From Promethearchaeia archaeon (GTDB lineage: Archaea; Asgardarchaeota; Lokiarchaeia; Sigyniarchaeales; SOKP01), in assembly GCA_029856045.1 (NCBI GenBank), contig JAHQWG010000050.1, forward strand, positions 1-64,000: a stretch of 64,000 nucleotides of DNA, written 5' to 3'. This document shows, one piece after another, positions 61,372 through 64,000 of this stretch (positions are counted from its first letter, which is position 1; the number at the start of each line of letters is the position of its first letter). A model generated the notes under the pieces. It ran no database searches. It was not told the origin of the DNA and saw nothing but the letters and a program-made list of their open reading frames with translations. The translations under genes were made by a program, and so were the position numbers.

Positions 61372-62661
61372 TCATTCATATCGCAATGCTTCTACTGGAT
61401 TCAGTTTTGATGCACGCCGTGCTGGATATAAGCCGAAAAGGATGCAGACTACGAGACTGAAAGCGAAAGCTAAAAATAATATGGTTGGTGTCAAAATAGG
61501 TGTTATACTTAATGCCATAGCTTGTTGTTGTCCCGTATCGAACCCACCTCCTACTCCACCGCTCATAAAGACAGATAAGAATAAGGAAATTACATTTGAT
61601 ACACCCCATCCAAGAGCAATACCTAGCACTCCACCTAATAGACCAATTAAGCTAGCTTCACCCAGGAATATTGTTAGAACGTTTCGATCCTTCATACCTA
61701 ACGATTTTAGGATACCAATTTCACGAGTACGTTCCAAAACAGAAACAATCATGATATTCATGATGCCTATACCTGCCACTAGTAGAGCTATACCCGATAT
61801 TGCTACCAAAAATAGTTCTATTATTGAAAACATTCCGGATATCGTACTAAGTAAAGCTGTCGGAGAAATCACACTAACTTTGTCATCATACAATTTCTCT
61901 ATCTCTGATGTTACCGAGTCTATGGTTTCCTGATTGCTATCTATTAGTTGAATAATTATTTGATTACATTGTTCAGTATCAAAAAATTCTTGTGCTGTTG
62001 TTATTGGAATATAAATTTGATTGTCTGAAGGTCCACCCAGGCCAAATCCGCCAATTTCTTTAAGGATGGTAGATACATTGGCTATATAACTTTTTGTTAT
62101 AGGATTAAGGATTGGTCCAGTCGCCCAAGTTATATTGATCTTATCGCCTACGCTAGCGAATAGAGTTCCATTATTCCAAGGATCAGCTATTCCTGCTCCT
62201 AGGATTATTGTATCATTCGCTGGGCTAAAAGGTATTGATCCATTTTCTGCAAGAAAAGTACTACCGTATATCTCTGAATATTGGGTAAAATTAACACCCA
62301 CTACAGAAACAGATCGTGTTATATTGTTAGAAGAGATACTTACTTGCTTAGATATTATTGCCAGTGCAATGTTGACACCTTCTACTTCATCGATTGTCTC
62401 AGTATCATTAACTAATAAATAAAATTCATCATCGCCTCCTCCGAACCCCATAAATCCACCACCTGGAGTGACAGTTAATGTATTTAAGGAAAAACCTTGT
62501 TCAAATTGACCAGTCATCTCAATCCTGAAACCTTCTCCGAGAGATAAAAGGGCAACAATCCCGGTGATTCCGATGATAACGCCCAACGTGGTGAGGAAAG
62601 TTCTAAGCTTTCTCACTCGAATGCCACTCAAAGCGTATTTAAAAACATCTAAAATCTTCAT
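61372..62661 (-). CDS. MacB/FtsX-like ABC permease
   Basis: RTFLTTLGVIIG, GIMNIM.VSV.ERTREIGILK, P.EALRYE; likely start MKILD at 62661. Confidence 0.9.
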   Translation of the reverse strand: MKILDVFKYALSGIRVRKLRTFLTTLGVIIGITGIVALLSLGEGFRIEMTGQFEQGFSLNTLTVTPGGGFMGFGGGDDEFYLLVNDTETIDEVEGVNIALAIISKQVSISSNNITRSVSVVGVNFTQYSEIYGSTFLAENGSIPFSPANDTIILGAGIADPWNNGTLFASVGDKINITWATGPILNPITKSYIANVSTILKEIGGFGLGGPSDNQIYIPITTAQEFFDTEQCNQIIIQLIDSNQETIDSVTSEIEKLYDDKVSVISPTALLSTISGMFSIIELFLVAISGIALLVAGIGIMNIMIVSVLERTREIGILKSLGMKDRNVLTIFLGEASLIGLLGGVLGIALGWGVSNVISLFLSVFMSGGVGGGFDTGQQQAMALSITPILTPTILFLAFAFSLVVCILFGLYPARRASKLNPVEALRYE

Positions 62662-62662
62662 T

Positions 62663-63403
62663 TTAATTAACCCCTCTCTCAAAATTTGTATGCTCTATTC
62701 TTCCATCTATAAGATGAATTATTTTCTTTGCCTCATTAGTTATATTTTGGTCATGGGTTGCAAGAATAATAGTAATTCCTTTTTCCTCATTTAACTTCTT
62801 AAGTAATGTAACTATTTCTTGTGCAGTTTTTGAATCTATATTTCCAGTTGGCTCGTCCAGTAGAAGAAATCTTGGATTACCTGTCAATGCTCTGGCAATA
62901 GCTACTCGCTGTTGTTCGCCACCGCTCAATTCTGTTGGTCTATGATTTATACGATCTCCGAGACCAACTATTCGTAATAATTCTTCGGCTTCCTTTCTTC
63001 GTTTCTTGTTGTTGACACCCATTATTGCTAATGGTAGTTCTACATTTTTTCGAGCATTTAATTTTTGTATTAAGTTAAAAAATTGAAAAACAAATCCAAC
63101 TTTGCGTCTTAAATTAGCTAGTTGATTTCCTTTTAGGGTAGAAACATCTGCACCATCTATATATACTTTTCCATTAGATGGTTTGTCGAGAGCGCCTATA
63201 AGATTTAGGAATGTTGACTTTCCACATCCTGAGGGACCAGTGATAGCAATAAAATCACCTTCTTCAATTTTCAAATCGATTCCCCTTAAAGCATGCACTA
63301 TAACCTTACCCATTAAATAGGTTTTTTTTAAATCTTGAGTTTCGACTACATACGATTTTTCTATGGAATCATTTTTAAGTAAATCCAGATTTGTATCTTT
63401 CAA
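62663..63403 (-). CDS. ABC ATP-binding protein (LolD/MacB type)
   Basis: GPSGCGKST, LSGGEQQRVAIARAL, DEPTGN. Confidence 0.93.
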   Translation of the reverse strand: MKDTNLDLLKNDSIEKSYVVETQDLKKTYLMGKVIVHALRGIDLKIEEGDFIAITGPSGCGKSTFLNLIGALDKPSNGKVYIDGADVSTLKGNQLANLRRKVGFVFQFFNLIQKLNARKNVELPLAIMGVNNKKRRKEAEELLRIVGLGDRINHRPTELSGGEQQRVAIARALTGNPRFLLLDEPTGNIDSKTAQEIVTLLKKLNEEKGITIILATHDQNITNEAKKIIHLIDGRIEHTNFERGVN

Positions 63404-63461
63404 ATATTTATACCTCGTTGATTTTAATTTTTAAAAAAGTTTTCAAATTATTTTAAATAAG

Positions 63462-63600
63462 AATTTTCTTATTTAAATATTTTGCATTTTTGCAAACATT
63501 TGTAATTAAATAATTTCTCATATTTAAGTATTTTGCATTTCTGCAAACATTTATAAATTAGTAATTTTTCATATTAAAATAGTTTGAATTTTTCACATCT
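63462..63600. repeat. About 2.7 tandem copies of a 51-bp unit, each containing a TTTGCA-N4-TGCAAA palindrome
   Basis: Palindromes at 63481-63496 and 63532-63547; degenerate third copy at 63583. Confidence 0.75.
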
Positions 63601-63689
63601 ATATCTTTGAAGTTTTTTTACTTAACGCAGTAAGTAAATCAAAATAGCACCAAAGAAATAAATAGATTAATTCCATATTTGATATTAAC

Positions 63690-64000
63690 ATGAGATCCAG
63701 AAACTCATTTAAATTATTCACGGAAACAAAAAAGGATTTTAAGAATAGTTGGCAGCTATTTAAAGAAAATTACAAAGCGTTTATTAGTACTGAATTTTTC
63801 GCTTTTTTATCCTTCATATCAATTGAAATAATCATGTTTTCACTGATAGGTTTAATTTATTATCTAGTTCCATCGTTATCACTTGAAGATTTTTGGTTTA
63901 TTTTCCCACAAAATTTTAATATTTCATTCATCTTTCGATTTATCACCATTTTTGTTGCCCTAATTATCTTATTTGCTTTTCTAAACTGTCAAAATGGTCT
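63690..64000 (+). CDS. Membrane protein, truncated by the window end
   Basis: Open frame MRSRNSFKLF...SWQLFKENYKAFI... runs to the edge. Confidence 0.65.
   Translation, partial: MRSRNSFKLFTETKKDFKNSWQLFKENYKAFISTEFFAFLSFISIEIIMFSLIGLIYYLVPSLSLEDFWFIFPQNFNISFIFRFITIFVALIILFAFLNCQNG

Noticed and set aside
45-62794. Numerous short ORFs overlapping or antisense to long genes (e.g. 2457-2786, 33038-33436, 61442-61933)
   Set aside because: Shadow ORFs of well-supported genes with no recognisable motifs.
63462-63600. CRISPR array
   Set aside because: Fewer than three full units, the inter-palindrome sequence is itself repeated rather than unique spacers, and there are no cas genes.

Overview
AT-rich archaeal chromosomal segment. 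Gene content points to an Asgard archaeon, most likely Lokiarchaeia: eL22, Rab-like small GTPases, longin/roadblock proteins, an IPGY-TM C-terminal sorting motif, form III RuBisCO with R15P isomerase, aIF2-gamma, aIF1A, Spt5 and TFS. It is mostly housekeeping and metabolic genes, with two tandem paralog pairs, several gene remnants, and no recognisable IS, CRISPR or tRNA. Main observations: (1) a circularly permuted 5S rRNA gene at 16181-16300. The 3' half precedes the 5' half, the two are joined by a UUCG-capped helix I, and a flanking bulge-helix-bulge-like motif has predicted cuts that regenerate the canonical 5S junction exactly. (2) A 22-aa Cys-rich leader peptide with alternative anti-SD pairings upstream of a cysteine synthase, suggesting attenuation in an archaeon. 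(3) A G3-G4-G5-G1-G2 circularly permuted, tail-anchored Rab-like GTPase. (4) Recurrent apparent ATA/ATC/ATT start codons. (5) A fossil rbcL/r15pi junction showing two cassettes inserted by 3'-end gene replacement. All assignments come from reading motifs by eye; no database search was run.
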